A stretch of DNA of 64,000 bases from Phycisphaerae bacterium (lineage in GTDB: Bacteria > Planctomycetota > Phycisphaerae > UBA1845 > Fen-1342). Shown here in pieces: positions 1 to 8,795 of the stretch. The stretch covers positions 223,261 to 287,260 of the forward strand of contig CAXXWX010000016.1 in NCBI GenBank assembly GCA_963675745.2, given 5' to 3'. The translations under genes were made by a program, and so were the position numbers. The notes beneath the pieces were generated by a model. That model was not told the origin of the DNA. It was given only the letters and a program-made list of their open reading frames with translations, and made no database searches. Within the stretch, counting starts at the first letter, position 1. Each line of letters opens with the position of its first letter.

Positions 1-2
1 CC

Positions 3-638
3 GCCCTCAAGAAACCCTCCAAGTCCCACGACGCCGAGAAGCATGAGCTGGCCCTGCTGACGCGCTGCCGCGAGGCCCTCGAAGAAGGCACGCCCTTGTC
101 AACAGTGATCACTTCCGAAGACGACCGCAAGCTGGTGCGCAGCTTCGCCTTTCTAACCGAACTACCGATCGTCTGTGTGCGGAACGTGGCGGACGATCAG
201 GTGGCAACAGCTACCCCGCTGGAACTGGAGCACGTGTCGGCATCTCTGGTGCTGAGCGCAGAGATTGAAGCCGAAATCAGAGCTCTTGATGAGAAGGATC
301 GGGCGGCCTTTGTTGCTGATCTCGGCTTGCCGGAGCCCGCCCGCGCCCGTCTGATCCACGCCTGCTATCAGGCCGGTGGGTTAATCTCGTTCTTGACTAT
401 GGGGCCTGCCGAGGTGCGCGCCTGGTCCGTGCCCAAAGGCGCGACCGCGGTCGAAGCCGCCGGCACAATCCACACTGACTTAGCCCGTGGGTTCATTAGA
501 GCCGAGACCATCGCCTACGACGAACTCGTCGCTCAGGGCGATATGAAGAACGCCAAGGCGGCCGGCAAGGTGCGCAAAGAGGGAAAGAACTACATAGTCC
601 AGGACGGAGACGTAATGCTGATCCTGGCAAGCACGTAG
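3..638 (+). CDS. ychF: Redox-regulated Obg-family ATPase YchF, 5' partial
   Basis: C-terminal YchF motifs LISFLT, EVRAW, AGTIHTDLARGFIRAE, GKVRKEGKNYIVQDGD; frame is open from the window start. Confidence 0.93.
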   Translation, partial: ALKKPSKSHDAEKHELALLTRCREALEEGTPLSTVITSEDDRKLVRSFAFLTELPIVCVRNVADDQVATATPLELEHVSASLVLSAEIEAEIRALDEKDRAAFVADLGLPEPARARLIHACYQAGGLISFLTMGPAEVRAWSVPKGATAVEAAGTIHTDLARGFIRAETIAYDELVAQGDMKNAKAAGKVRKEGKNYIVQDGDVMLILAST

Positions 639-745
639 GGTGCGTCCCGGACGCACCGGTTGAAGGATTGGCGATTGCAGATTGTGGATTGGCGATTGGG
701 GGGTAGGTAGAAGTAACAGACCGGTTCCGCAAGTTCCTTCTGCAT

Positions 746-1845
746 TATTGACCATTGAACAGACAATGTAACATCTCACAATCCGAGCTTTGCGTGCGGG
801 AAGAACGACCGCAACAATGGCTGTTGACCTCGGCTCCGACGAAGCGATCGGCAGATGGCTCGACCGAGCGCTCGGATGTCATCGGGGATGTAGTTGGCCA
901 GATCGTCATACTTGGTGTGTTTCCAGACCTGTTCGTCGGGGTTGAGTTCGGGAGCGTACGCCGGCAGCCACTCGAGCTGAACGCGACGCGGAAACCGGCG
1001 AAGCAGCCGTCGAGCCCCCGAACGGTGAACCGACCACCGATCGATGACCAGGATGATCCGCCGTTGCAGACGACGCAGCAGCGTTTCCACGAAACGCTCA
1101 AAATCATCGGTGACGATGTTGTGATCGTGGATGTCGAAGTAGAGTCCGAGCCGCCGGCGTTTGGCGGACACACTGATGGCAGATATAACCGAGAGCCGAT
1201 CGCGACGGTCCCAACTGTAATGAATGGGAGTTTGGCCTTGGGGAGCCCAGGTGCGGCGGACCACCGGTTGCAGCATGAAGCCGCTTTCGTCGAGAAAAAC
1301 AATGCTACGCCCGCGGCGACGCGCGTTTTTTTATGCGTGGCCAGTCCTGCTTCCGCCAACGTTCGATGGCCTTCTCGTTGCGTTCTCGGGCTCGACGTTC
1401 GGGCTTCTGGCAGCTCCAGCCCATCCCCCGCAGGACGTGCCACACGCCGGAGGGGTCGTAGCGGACCCCGAAGTGCTTGCGGATCACCTCGGCCACCCGC
1501 TTCAGCGTCCACAACTCCGTGTGATAGCCATGCTTGCCCGGGCCTCGCTTCAGCAACCGGATCAACTTGCGGCGTTGTTTCAACGAGAGCTTGGGCGTAC
1601 GTCCCGGATGGGGCTTGGCGCACAGCCCGTCCTCCCCTCGTTTCTCGTAGGCCTGGCGCCAACGAGTTACGGCTGCGGGCGAGGCCCCGACCATGCCCGC
1701 CACCTCCCGGACGCCTCGGCCCTTGTCTAGCAGCGCGATGGCTCTCCGTCGACGCCGCTCCAGTTCTTCGGCTGTACCTGTGGGTCTCATACATAGGAGT
1801 ATCGGCCAAACAGCGTCTGTTGCGTTAGCTATTCAATGGTCAATA
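746..1845 (-). mobile_element. IS630-family insertion sequence
   Basis: Terminal inverted repeats TATTGACCATTGAA (746-759) and TTCAATGGTCAATA (1832-1845), with TA at both ends; HTH ORF plus DDE ORF inside. Confidence 0.95.
776..1790 (-). CDS. IS630 transposase split in two frames (HTH ORF 1305-1790; DDE frame ending at 776), joined by a +1 shift at an A7 run (1326-1332)
   Basis: HTH part ends W..IKK; the DDE frame carries VFLDESG, LVIDRW and WLPAYAPELNPDEQVW, typical of IS630. Confidence 0.92.
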
Positions 1846-1966
1846 GCTATTCGACACTCGCTATTAGCCAGGTGCGTCCGGGACGCACCCTACTTCTGCA
1901 TGGCGGCGCTGCGCTTGGCCATGCCACCCGATGTCCGAACATGACTGCAACTCCGCGACCGGTCAC

Positions 1967-3463
1967 ATGCGACTATTAACACGACATCCGATAATACGGC
2001 TTCTATTATTCTCGGTATTTTTGCCCGGCTGCGGCGGGCCGCTCTATCGCAATCAACCAATGAAGAGCTACGACCCGCAGGCGGGGTATCGCTTCGAGAA
2101 CCTCGAACCCGGGCCGGGCAATACGGACGAGCTGTTCGTCTGCCTGACCTTCTCCGGCGGGGGCACCCGCGCGGCCGCGTTCTCCTATGGCGTCTTGCAG
2201 GCATTACAGGAAACGGTGATCGGCAACCCCCCGGCCGAGGCAGCAGGTGGCCCGGCGCGCAGCCCCCAAGTCCAGGCCGATGGCGCCCGCATGTTGGACG
2301 AGGTGGACGTAATCTCGGCGGTGTCGGGCGGCTCCTTCACGGCGATGGGCTATGGCCTGTGGCGCGACCGGCTTTTCGACGGCCGCTTCGAGCAGCGCTT
2401 CCTGCGCCGCAACGTGCAGTGGGATCTGCTAGTCGAACTCTTCCGAATTCGCAACCTTTTCCGCGTCCCGTTCATTCTGCTCGATCGGATCGACGTGGCC
2501 GCGTACTATTACGATGAGCGAATCTTCCAGGGCAGCACCTATGCCGATCTGCGCGCCGGCAATCGCCGCCCCTTCATCGTAGTGAACGCCACCGACATGG
2601 CCCGGCGCCAGCGCTTCGAGTTCACGCAGGACGACTTCTACTTGCTGGGATCGGACTTGGAGCAACTTCCGGTCGGCTGGGCCGTGGCCGCGTCTTCCGC
2701 GTTTCCGGGATTGCTGAGCCCGCTGCGGTTCAAGTATTATCCCGGGCCGCCGCTGTCGGCCGCGGTCGCGGCTACGCTCGGTGCTCCGCCCGAGCAGCAG
2801 AGTGCGCGGCGCGTACGGTGGGCTCATAGCCTGCTCCCCGAAGACGTTCCGTACCCACCTGATACTTATGACATTGACCCCCAAGCCCATCGTTACATTT
2901 ACCTATTAGACGGCGGCCTGTCCGACAACCTGGGTCTCGCCTACTGTATTGAATCGAACGACAAGGGCGCGATTCGCCGGCTTCTGGAGCAGGGTCGCAT
3001 CAAGCGCCTGGTTGTAATAATAGTGGACGCCGCCAACGACCCGCCGGAAGACCTGGAAAGCAAGCGAAACGCCCCCGGCTTGCTGGACGTGTTCATTCGC
3101 ACGGGCACCACGGGCATCGACCGCCACAGCGCCGCCCTTGCCGGGTTAGTGAAATACGCATTAACGGAAGCCCAGCCCCGCACCCTGAGAGCCTACGAAG
3201 AGTGTGCCGAGGCAATGGAACAGCACTGCCCCGAGGCCACTCCGCCGGAGCCTCCGGTCGATATCCTGATCGAGCCATACGTAATAGACGTGAACTTCAA
3301 CCGCGTCCCGGACGAACACACCCGCCGCAGTCTCTTCTCGATGATTACGAGTTTCTTCCTCCCCACGCAAGACGTCCAAACCCTGATAGACGCCGGGCGG
3401 GAGGTGCTGCTGGAGCATCCGGAGTATCAACGGCTCGTGCGAGACCTGACAGCGGAGCGGTGA
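1967..3463 (+). CDS. Patatin-like phospholipase, probable lipoprotein
   Basis: SGGGTRAAA, AVSGGS and LLDGG motifs; signal ending FLPGC; start taken at ATG 1967 (ORF track starts 1931). Confidence 0.88.
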   Translation: MRLLTRHPIIRLLLFSVFLPGCGGPLYRNQPMKSYDPQAGYRFENLEPGPGNTDELFVCLTFSGGGTRAAAFSYGVLQALQETVIGNPPAEAAGGPARSPQVQADGARMLDEVDVISAVSGGSFTAMGYGLWRDRLFDGRFEQRFLRRNVQWDLLVELFRIRNLFRVPFILLDRIDVAAYYYDERIFQGSTYADLRAGNRRPFIVVNATDMARRQRFEFTQDDFYLLGSDLEQLPVGWAVAASSAFPGLLSPLRFKYYPGPPLSAAVAATLGAPPEQQSARRVRWAHSLLPEDVPYPPDTYDIDPQAHRYIYLLDGGLSDNLGLAYCIESNDKGAIRRLLEQGRIKRLVVIIVDAANDPPEDLESKRNAPGLLDVFIRTGTTGIDRHSAALAGLVKYALTEAQPRTLRAYEECAEAMEQHCPEATPPEPPVDILIEPYVIDVNFNRVPDEHTRRSLFSMITSFFLPTQDVQTLIDAGREVLLEHPEYQRLVRDLTAER

Positions 3464-3491
3464 AGCAAGGGCTGAGGACTGCCCTATATCA

Positions 3492-4109
3492 CTACGGATC
3501 ATCCCCGACAGCGCCCCAAGCCGCCTCTTGAACCTGGCGCTCAGACTCAGAGGTACGCAGCGCCGCGACATGCGCTCGATGCTCCTTGAGCAAGCCGCCT
3601 GCATAGTCCTTGCGGTATCGCAGCACCGTTACGCGCGCCATGCCCGCCTTCGGATGTTGCGCGTTCTCGGGGAGTCCCCGGCCAGTGACCCACAGAACCT
3701 CCTGGTCGTGAAGCCACCATGTCTCAAACCACCAAGCAGGGTCACCCTCCCGTGCCGACTGCCGCCACCTTGAGGACTCGACAGTTGGGGTGGGCGGAAC
3801 CGAGAAAGTATACTCAGCGGGCGACCACCCCAAGCCGAGGAGGTGTTGCTCCATTGCACCCAAGAATCCTGTCGCAGGGAAGCAGGTACCAAGATCGTAG
3901 TCTACAAACTCCGCTATATCGTTCTTGCCCGGCAAGCCGACGTTTAGAGCTAGCTTGTTTTCGAATCCGGGAACGCGAAAGACAGGGTCGAGAGTCTTGA
4001 TATCAGCAGGATCTGCAGCTTCGACCGACGCGGGTTGCGGTCTTCGGCACGATGCCAGAGCGAAAAGAACGGCTGCGGCAGTGATCGTCAGGGCCCCCAA
4101 CGTCTTCAT
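3492..4109 (-). CDS. Hypothetical lipoprotein
   Basis: 205 aa ORF with lipobox-like MKTLGALTITAAAVLFALASC. Confidence 0.65.
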   Translation of the reverse strand: MKTLGALTITAAAVLFALASCRRPQPASVEAADPADIKTLDPVFRVPGFENKLALNVGLPGKNDIAEFVDYDLGTCFPATGFLGAMEQHLLGLGWSPAEYTFSVPPTPTVESSRWRQSAREGDPAWWFETWWLHDQEVLWVTGRGLPENAQHPKAGMARVTVLRYRKDYAGGLLKEHRAHVAALRTSESERQVQEAAWGAVGDDP

Positions 4110-4136
4110 AAGACTCGCCTGCGTACCTGTATTCCT

Positions 4137-4161
4137 GCACTGCTCAAGAGCAGTGGCACAC
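4137..4161. repeat. Short palindromic REP-like repeat; exact inverse copy at 22249-22273
   Basis: GCACTGCTCAAGAGCAGTGGCACAC is the reverse complement of GTGTGCCACTGCTCTTGAGCAGTGC. Confidence 0.8.
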
Positions 4162-4179
4162 CGAGAGTGGGCCGCGCTG

Positions 4180-4707
4180 CTACTTCATCCGCTCCAGCAG
4201 GGCCTTGAGAAACCCCTTGACCAGAGGCTCCGGCACGTCGCCGATGGGCGAGGCCATTTCGTCCACGATGCGGCCCTGGACGTAGTCGCGGGTGCGGTGG
4301 CGGACGCGACGTAGTTGGCGGATGAGCTCCTCCACGGTTTCCAGCTTCGAGTCGCGCATAGCCACAACGTAGCGCTCGACCATCCCGGCCAGGTCGGCTA
4401 CCTCGCCCGGCGGCGGTGCGGGCCCTGCCCCCCCACCGGCACCACCTGCACCCGGGCCCTCCGAATCCTTGGGTGCGTCGCGCGAAAGCTCCGCGGTGTA
4501 CGCAGCCGCCTCCGCCTTGAGTCGCTCCTCGCGTTCGGCGTCACCTTCGTCCAGCGGGGCGAGGCCGAAGCCCTCCTCATCCTCCGGCTCGGTCGAGGGG
4601 ATGTAGACCAGGTTCTTGCAGTAGGGGCACTTGCCCTGCTTCCCCCCCGCATCGTCGGGGGCCTTGATGAGCTTCTGACAGACGGGGCAGTTGAGTTCAA
4701 TCGTCAC
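4180..4707 (-). CDS. Hypothetical protein with N-terminal zinc ribbon
   Basis: CPVC...GKQGKCPYC; GTG start at 4707 behind an AGGGAGG Shine-Dalgarno. Confidence 0.75.
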   Translation of the reverse strand: MTIELNCPVCQKLIKAPDDAGGKQGKCPYCKNLVYIPSTEPEDEEGFGLAPLDEGDAEREERLKAEAAAYTAELSRDAPKDSEGPGAGGAGGGAGPAPPPGEVADLAGMVERYVVAMRDSKLETVEELIRQLRRVRHRTRDYVQGRIVDEMASPIGDVPEPLVKGFLKALLERMK

Positions 4708-4836
4708 GAGCGCCTCCCTTTCCTGCGTCTTTCGGTTGACAGTCCTCATCGACCGCCACAACGGTGTGCCGCTGCTCTTGGGCAGTGCCGACAGAACGCC
4801 ACGCCAAGTCCAAAGGACCTGAACCACACCGACCGT

Positions 4837-5186
4837 GGGTGGCATGGCCAAGCGTAGCGCCGCCATGCAGACGTAGGGTGCGTCCCGGACGCACCGGGCT
4901 AACAGCGAATGGCGAAGAGCGAATGCAGAGGGCACTTGCAGAACCTATCTGCTACTTCAAACTGCTCCCCCATCGACAGTCCACATTCTGCAATCTCCAA
5001 TCCCTCAACAGGTGCGTCCGGGACGCACCCTACTTGCTACCGGCACGCCACACATGCCGGCGCTCGACTTCGTTGAGCTTGGGCATGCCACCCAGACCGG
5101 GCATCTACATGCTCACCCTGCGGGATGAGCTTGGCACCCCGCTCCGGTATACGTCCACGGCCCAGCGGAGCTGGACCGTGCCACCC
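4837..5186. repeat. Nested REP cluster
   Basis: REP-M 4837-4867, GTAG-REP pair 4873-4895 / 5011-5033, REP-K 5053-5093, further hairpins to 5186; 5053-5138 resembles 18919-19004. Confidence 0.88.
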
Positions 5187-5208
5187 GTTCCGGTGGGCGG
5201 TGTCCACC

Positions 5209-6540
5209 TTACTGTACGGCCGCCCGCGCGCGACGGGCCCGAAAGATCAATCGTATCGGGACCTCCTCGAAGGGCAACCGCTCCCGGAAACGGTTCAGCA
5301 AGAAACGCTCAAAGCCCGGAGTCACCAACTGCGGCGCGTTCACAAACACCACGATCGTCGGCGGGCCGGTCGAGACCTGCGTGGCGTAATAGAACTTCGG
5401 GGCGCGGTGACCGTGCTTCGGGCGCGGCGCGTTCTGCTCCAATGCCTCCCGCAACACCTGGTTGAGCTTCCCCGTGCCAACCCGCAGGTGAGACTGCTTG
5501 AACAGCGCGGCCGCCACGTCGATCGTCGAGTCCAGGTTGCGCCCGGACACAGCCGAGGTGAAGCTGACCGGCACGTAATCCAACCCACCCAATACCTTAT
5601 CGAGATACTCACCGTACTCCGTCGTGCTCGTGCGGTCCTTGGCGAGATCCCACTTGTTAACCACCAGCACGCAGGGCCTGTACTCCGCCGTGATGATCTG
5701 CGCGAGCTTCTTGTCCACCTGGCCGATGGGCACGGTCGAGTCGATCAGCATCAACACCACGTCCGCCCGGCGGATCGAAGCTTCCGCGCGCGTGAGCGCG
5801 TAGAACTCGATGCTGTCGGCAATCTTGCTCTTTTTGCGCACGCCCGCGGTGTCGATGGCCACCAGGGTGCGGCCATCCTTCTCGAAACGCACGTCGATGC
5901 TGTCACGCGTGGTACCGGGGATCTCGCTGACAATCACGCGCTCCTCGCCCGCCAGCGCGTTGATGAAGGTGCTCTTGCCGGCGTTGCGCTTGCCCACTAG
6001 GGCGAGCTTGATGGCCGGGTTCTCGGGCACCTCCTCGCTCAACCCGGCCAGGGTCTCCGCCAGCATTTCGCGCAGCGCCCGCCGCCCTAATCCCTGCAAG
6101 GCGCTGATCGGCATGGGCTCGCCATAGCCCAACGAGACGAACTCGCCGATCCCGTCACCGAGGTGCTCCTCATCCACCTTGTTCGCCAGCAGTTGGATTC
6201 GTCCGGCACAACGGCGGAGCAGCTCGGCCGTCGCGCGGTCGAGCGGCGTGAGCCCCTCGCGCCCATCGACCACGAAGAGAATCAGATGTGCCTGCGCGAT
6301 GGCGTAGGAAATCTGCCGCTCGATGTGGCTGGACAGGTCGTCGCGATCGACCACGCCGTAGCCGCCGGTATCGACCAGCTCGAAGTAGACATCGTCGAGC
6401 TGGCAGATGGTACTGACGCGGTCGCGCGTAACTCCGGCCGTGGGCTCGACGATGGAGGTCCGCCGGCCCGCCAGCACGTTGAACAGGCTGCTCTTGCCTA
6501 CATTGGGCCGACCCACTATCGCCACCACCGGAAGCGCCAT
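5209..6540 (-). CDS. der: Ribosome biogenesis GTPase Der (EngA)
   Basis: Two G domains (GRPNVGKSS, GKRNAGKST, DTGG/DTAG, NKVD/NKWD) and a KH-like C-terminus. Confidence 0.97.
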   Translation of the reverse strand: MALPVVAIVGRPNVGKSSLFNVLAGRRTSIVEPTAGVTRDRVSTICQLDDVYFELVDTGGYGVVDRDDLSSHIERQISYAIAQAHLILFVVDGREGLTPLDRATAELLRRCAGRIQLLANKVDEEHLGDGIGEFVSLGYGEPMPISALQGLGRRALREMLAETLAGLSEEVPENPAIKLALVGKRNAGKSTFINALAGEERVIVSEIPGTTRDSIDVRFEKDGRTLVAIDTAGVRKKSKIADSIEFYALTRAEASIRRADVVLMLIDSTVPIGQVDKKLAQIITAEYRPCVLVVNKWDLAKDRTSTTEYGEYLDKVLGGLDYVPVSFTSAVSGRNLDSTIDVAAALFKQSHLRVGTGKLNQVLREALEQNAPRPKHGHRAPKFYYATQVSTGPPTIVVFVNAPQLVTPGFERFLLNRFRERLPFEEVPIRLIFRARRARAAVQ

Positions 6541-6805
6541 AACAACCTCAACCTGATTAAGCCCGCTACTACCGTCGCCGTCCGTACACCGGGCCCTGCC
6601 CGCCCATCGAGCGTACCTCGATCGAGCACGGATCCGGACACCGTGGGCTTATACCATAACCTGGGCTGGATTTCCCCCCTGGAAGACTCGTCACGCCCTG
6701 AGCGTTCCCGCGGCACTGCCTCCGCCAGCCCCCTGGGTCGAGTTGAGAGCACCGCACGACATCAGAGGCGTCGCCAGGACCTGCGGGTACAGGTGGCAGG
6801 AAGCG

Positions 6806-6837
6806 AACGAGGGCGCCGGGGGGTCGGCGCCCTCGTT
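6806..6837. other. Perfect 13 bp hairpin in intergenic DNA
   Basis: AACGAGGGCGCCG / CGGCGCCCTCGTT. Confidence 0.5.
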
Positions 6838-7022
6838 GGGTTAAGTGCGGGCACCGCATGGACGTCGATGACCCGTAGACTAACTCGTTCCGGGCGTGCA
6901 CCTGAGTGTCAGGTTCGCCCGGTCATACGCTGTCGGCGCGGAGTAAGTGGAACCATCTTCAGCTCACCCCTGCCAGCGCAAGGGTTGAGACACCCTGATC
7001 CACTACCACCGGCCGCGTGTCA

Positions 7023-7064
7023 GTCGCCCGGGCGGGGCAACGGGTGCCTGCCCCGCCCGGCGAC
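7023..7064 (-). terminator. GC-rich hairpin downstream of the 7087-8343 gene, possible terminator
   Basis: GTCGCC(C)GGGCGGGGCA ... TGCCCCGCCCGGCGAC just after the stop; no clear U tract. Confidence 0.45.
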
Positions 7065-7086
7065 CTATCGTAGGATTCTATTTCGA

Positions 7087-8343
7087 TCAGCGGATGCCGC
7101 TCACGCGTGCCGCCGCCTGGTCCAGCACGATCACGGGCAGCTCACCCTCGCCCTCCGGCAGCGCCAGTTCGGGCGGCGGGCCGGCGGTGTCGTACTTGAT
7201 CTTGCCGGCCTGGGTGCCCATACCCACCAGGTTCGTCCCGGCCATGCCGCGCTCGTCGCCGACAAAGTCAATCATCTTGGCAACCACACCCAGCAGCGGC
7301 ACGTCGATACTCTCCGCCCCGCACACCACCTCGCTGGCGATCCCGTCGATCCGGGCCTTGCCCTTGTCGGTCTGCAGGTTCTCGCGCAGGAAGCTGTTGG
7401 GCGGATCGTAGTTGCTCAGCAGCTCCTGGCTCCACGCGGTGATGCAGCGCTCGGTGTTGGAGAACTTGACCTCGTTCATGTTCCAGATGTCGAACTTGGC
7501 CTTGGTGGTGTAGGGGCCTTCCGTCTCTTGCCGCAGGTCGATCTTCATCGGCAGCAGCGTCAGATCGGTGTCGATCCCGACCACGGCGTCACCCAGATCC
7601 GGCGGGTCGGCATCCAAGGTGCTGGCGTAGAAGTCCATCAGCAACATGCTGAAGCAAGAATCGTACTCGGGTTCGCACGAGTCGCACTCGTCGCAACCAA
7701 GGTAGAGCCTGCCGGGAGTCCCGGTTACCTGGCCATGGTCCACGATCGCCGTCTGGAACGCGTAGGCGCTGTACTCCCAGGCGGACGTCAGATCGTAGTT
7801 CACGATCGCGACGTCACCCTTGAGGTGATTCCAGCGAATCTCGTTCCCCTCGCTGTTCACTGCCCACGCCAGGATGAACCCGCGCATCACGCGTTCCGTC
7901 GTGCGATCGTTGCTGGGACGCCCCGGCATGCTGCCGTTCCCGCTCGTGTCCGGGTCCAGAGCGTCGAACGGGAAGACACCTTCGGGCATCCCGCAAGCCG
8001 CACTCCAATAAGCCGGCTCGTTCGACGTCAGGGTGATAAGGTTATCCACCCAGTTGTAACCCAGGTGCTGGCGCTCATTAGCAGTCACGTCCAGCGGCGG
8101 ATCACCATTGAAGAAGTACATCTGCACCATGACCCAGCCGGGGTAGTCATTGCTGAGATCGATGAAGGTGTCCTGGATCAAGTTGCCCGCAGCGTCCCAG
8201 CGGATCTCTACCTTCGGGAACACGAGCAGACTGCCTTTCTGGGAGATGTCCGCTCTGCCGTTGATCTCATCGCCCGCCCAGGCCGAACTCGCCGCGCCCA
8301 GCACGGCAACCATTAGTGCACAACCCAATAGCTTCCTCTTCAT
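7087..8343 (-). CDS. Secreted acidic hypothetical protein
   Basis: Signal peptide ending AWA, strong SD (AGGAGGAAGGAG), strongly GC3-biased codons. Confidence 0.8.
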   Translation of the reverse strand: MKRKLLGCALMVAVLGAASSAWAGDEINGRADISQKGSLLVFPKVEIRWDAAGNLIQDTFIDLSNDYPGWVMVQMYFFNGDPPLDVTANERQHLGYNWVDNLITLTSNEPAYWSAACGMPEGVFPFDALDPDTSGNGSMPGRPSNDRTTERVMRGFILAWAVNSEGNEIRWNHLKGDVAIVNYDLTSAWEYSAYAFQTAIVDHGQVTGTPGRLYLGCDECDSCEPEYDSCFSMLLMDFYASTLDADPPDLGDAVVGIDTDLTLLPMKIDLRQETEGPYTTKAKFDIWNMNEVKFSNTERCITAWSQELLSNYDPPNSFLRENLQTDKGKARIDGIASEVVCGAESIDVPLLGVVAKMIDFVGDERGMAGTNLVGMGTQAGKIKYDTAGPPPELALPEGEGELPVIVLDQAAARVSGIR

Positions 8344-8795
8344 TGCTCCTTCCTCCTACTCATCTTGAGTCAACCGAAGACCACGCTGGGGGTAGGGGCG
8401 CTCGAACCCGGGGCGGTAACCGGAGTACAACAACCGCAAGCGCACAGCACAATGCTATCCACTGCTCGGCGCGCAACCGCCTCACTTTGCACCATTCAAG
8501 ATCTGGGTGTAGCCCTTCCCGGAGCAACACCGGTGAAGAGGTCGGTGAATTGGCCCCTATCCCCTGTGGCAGCCACTTTCCGCCTCCATGGTCCTATAAA
8601 GAACCAGGAAACAGTTTATCGGATGTTGCCCACGCGAATCAAGGACCAAGGGAGGAATATTGCCAGTCCGGAGAGAATCACTGTGCGCTGAAGTGCCACT
8701 GGTTGAGAACTGATCGGAACCGCCGCGTCCGGCAGGGCGCACGCCAACCTCTCAGGACGTACACTGCCGACCCTAAGTTCATGCCATCAGTACGG

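Larger units (their letters stand above)
635..1929. repeat. REP doublet (REPIN-like unit) interrupted by IS630
   Basis: GTAGGGTGCGTCCCGGACGCACC at 635-657 and its inverse at 1871-1893; heptamer run GATTGGC-like at 666-700; second REP at 1899-1929. With the IS removed it aligns with the reverse complement of 4837-5033. Confidence 0.85.

Noticed and set aside
745..1828. Two ~355 aa ORFs spanning the IS630 (745-1809 minus, 755-1828 plus)
   Set aside because: Neither has HTH or DDE motifs; the transposase motifs lie in the other two minus-strand frames.
746..1845. This IS630 as the mobiliser of MITE-A, -B or -C
   Set aside because: Its TIR (TTGACCATTGAA) does not match any of the MITE ends.
4708..4935. 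N-terminal ORF extensions and short ORFs with recurring peptides such as MAALRLAMPP, GGMAKRSAAM and WHGQAQRRH
   Set aside because: These are translations of REP-M and related repeats, not a protein family.
6163..8316. 717 aa plus-strand ORF and similar long antisense ORFs (e.g. 11544-12974, 23692-25182, 35666-37066, 42901-44421)
   Set aside because: Shadow frames of well-supported genes on the opposite strand, expected in high-GC DNA.
8385..8415. tRNA-like T-arm (GGGTTCGAG on the minus strand)
   Set aside because: No acceptor, D or anticodon stems could be built around it.
8344..8795. Riboswitch upstream of the secreted protein gene
   Set aside because: No c-di-GMP, SAM, cobalamin or glycine consensus could be matched by eye.
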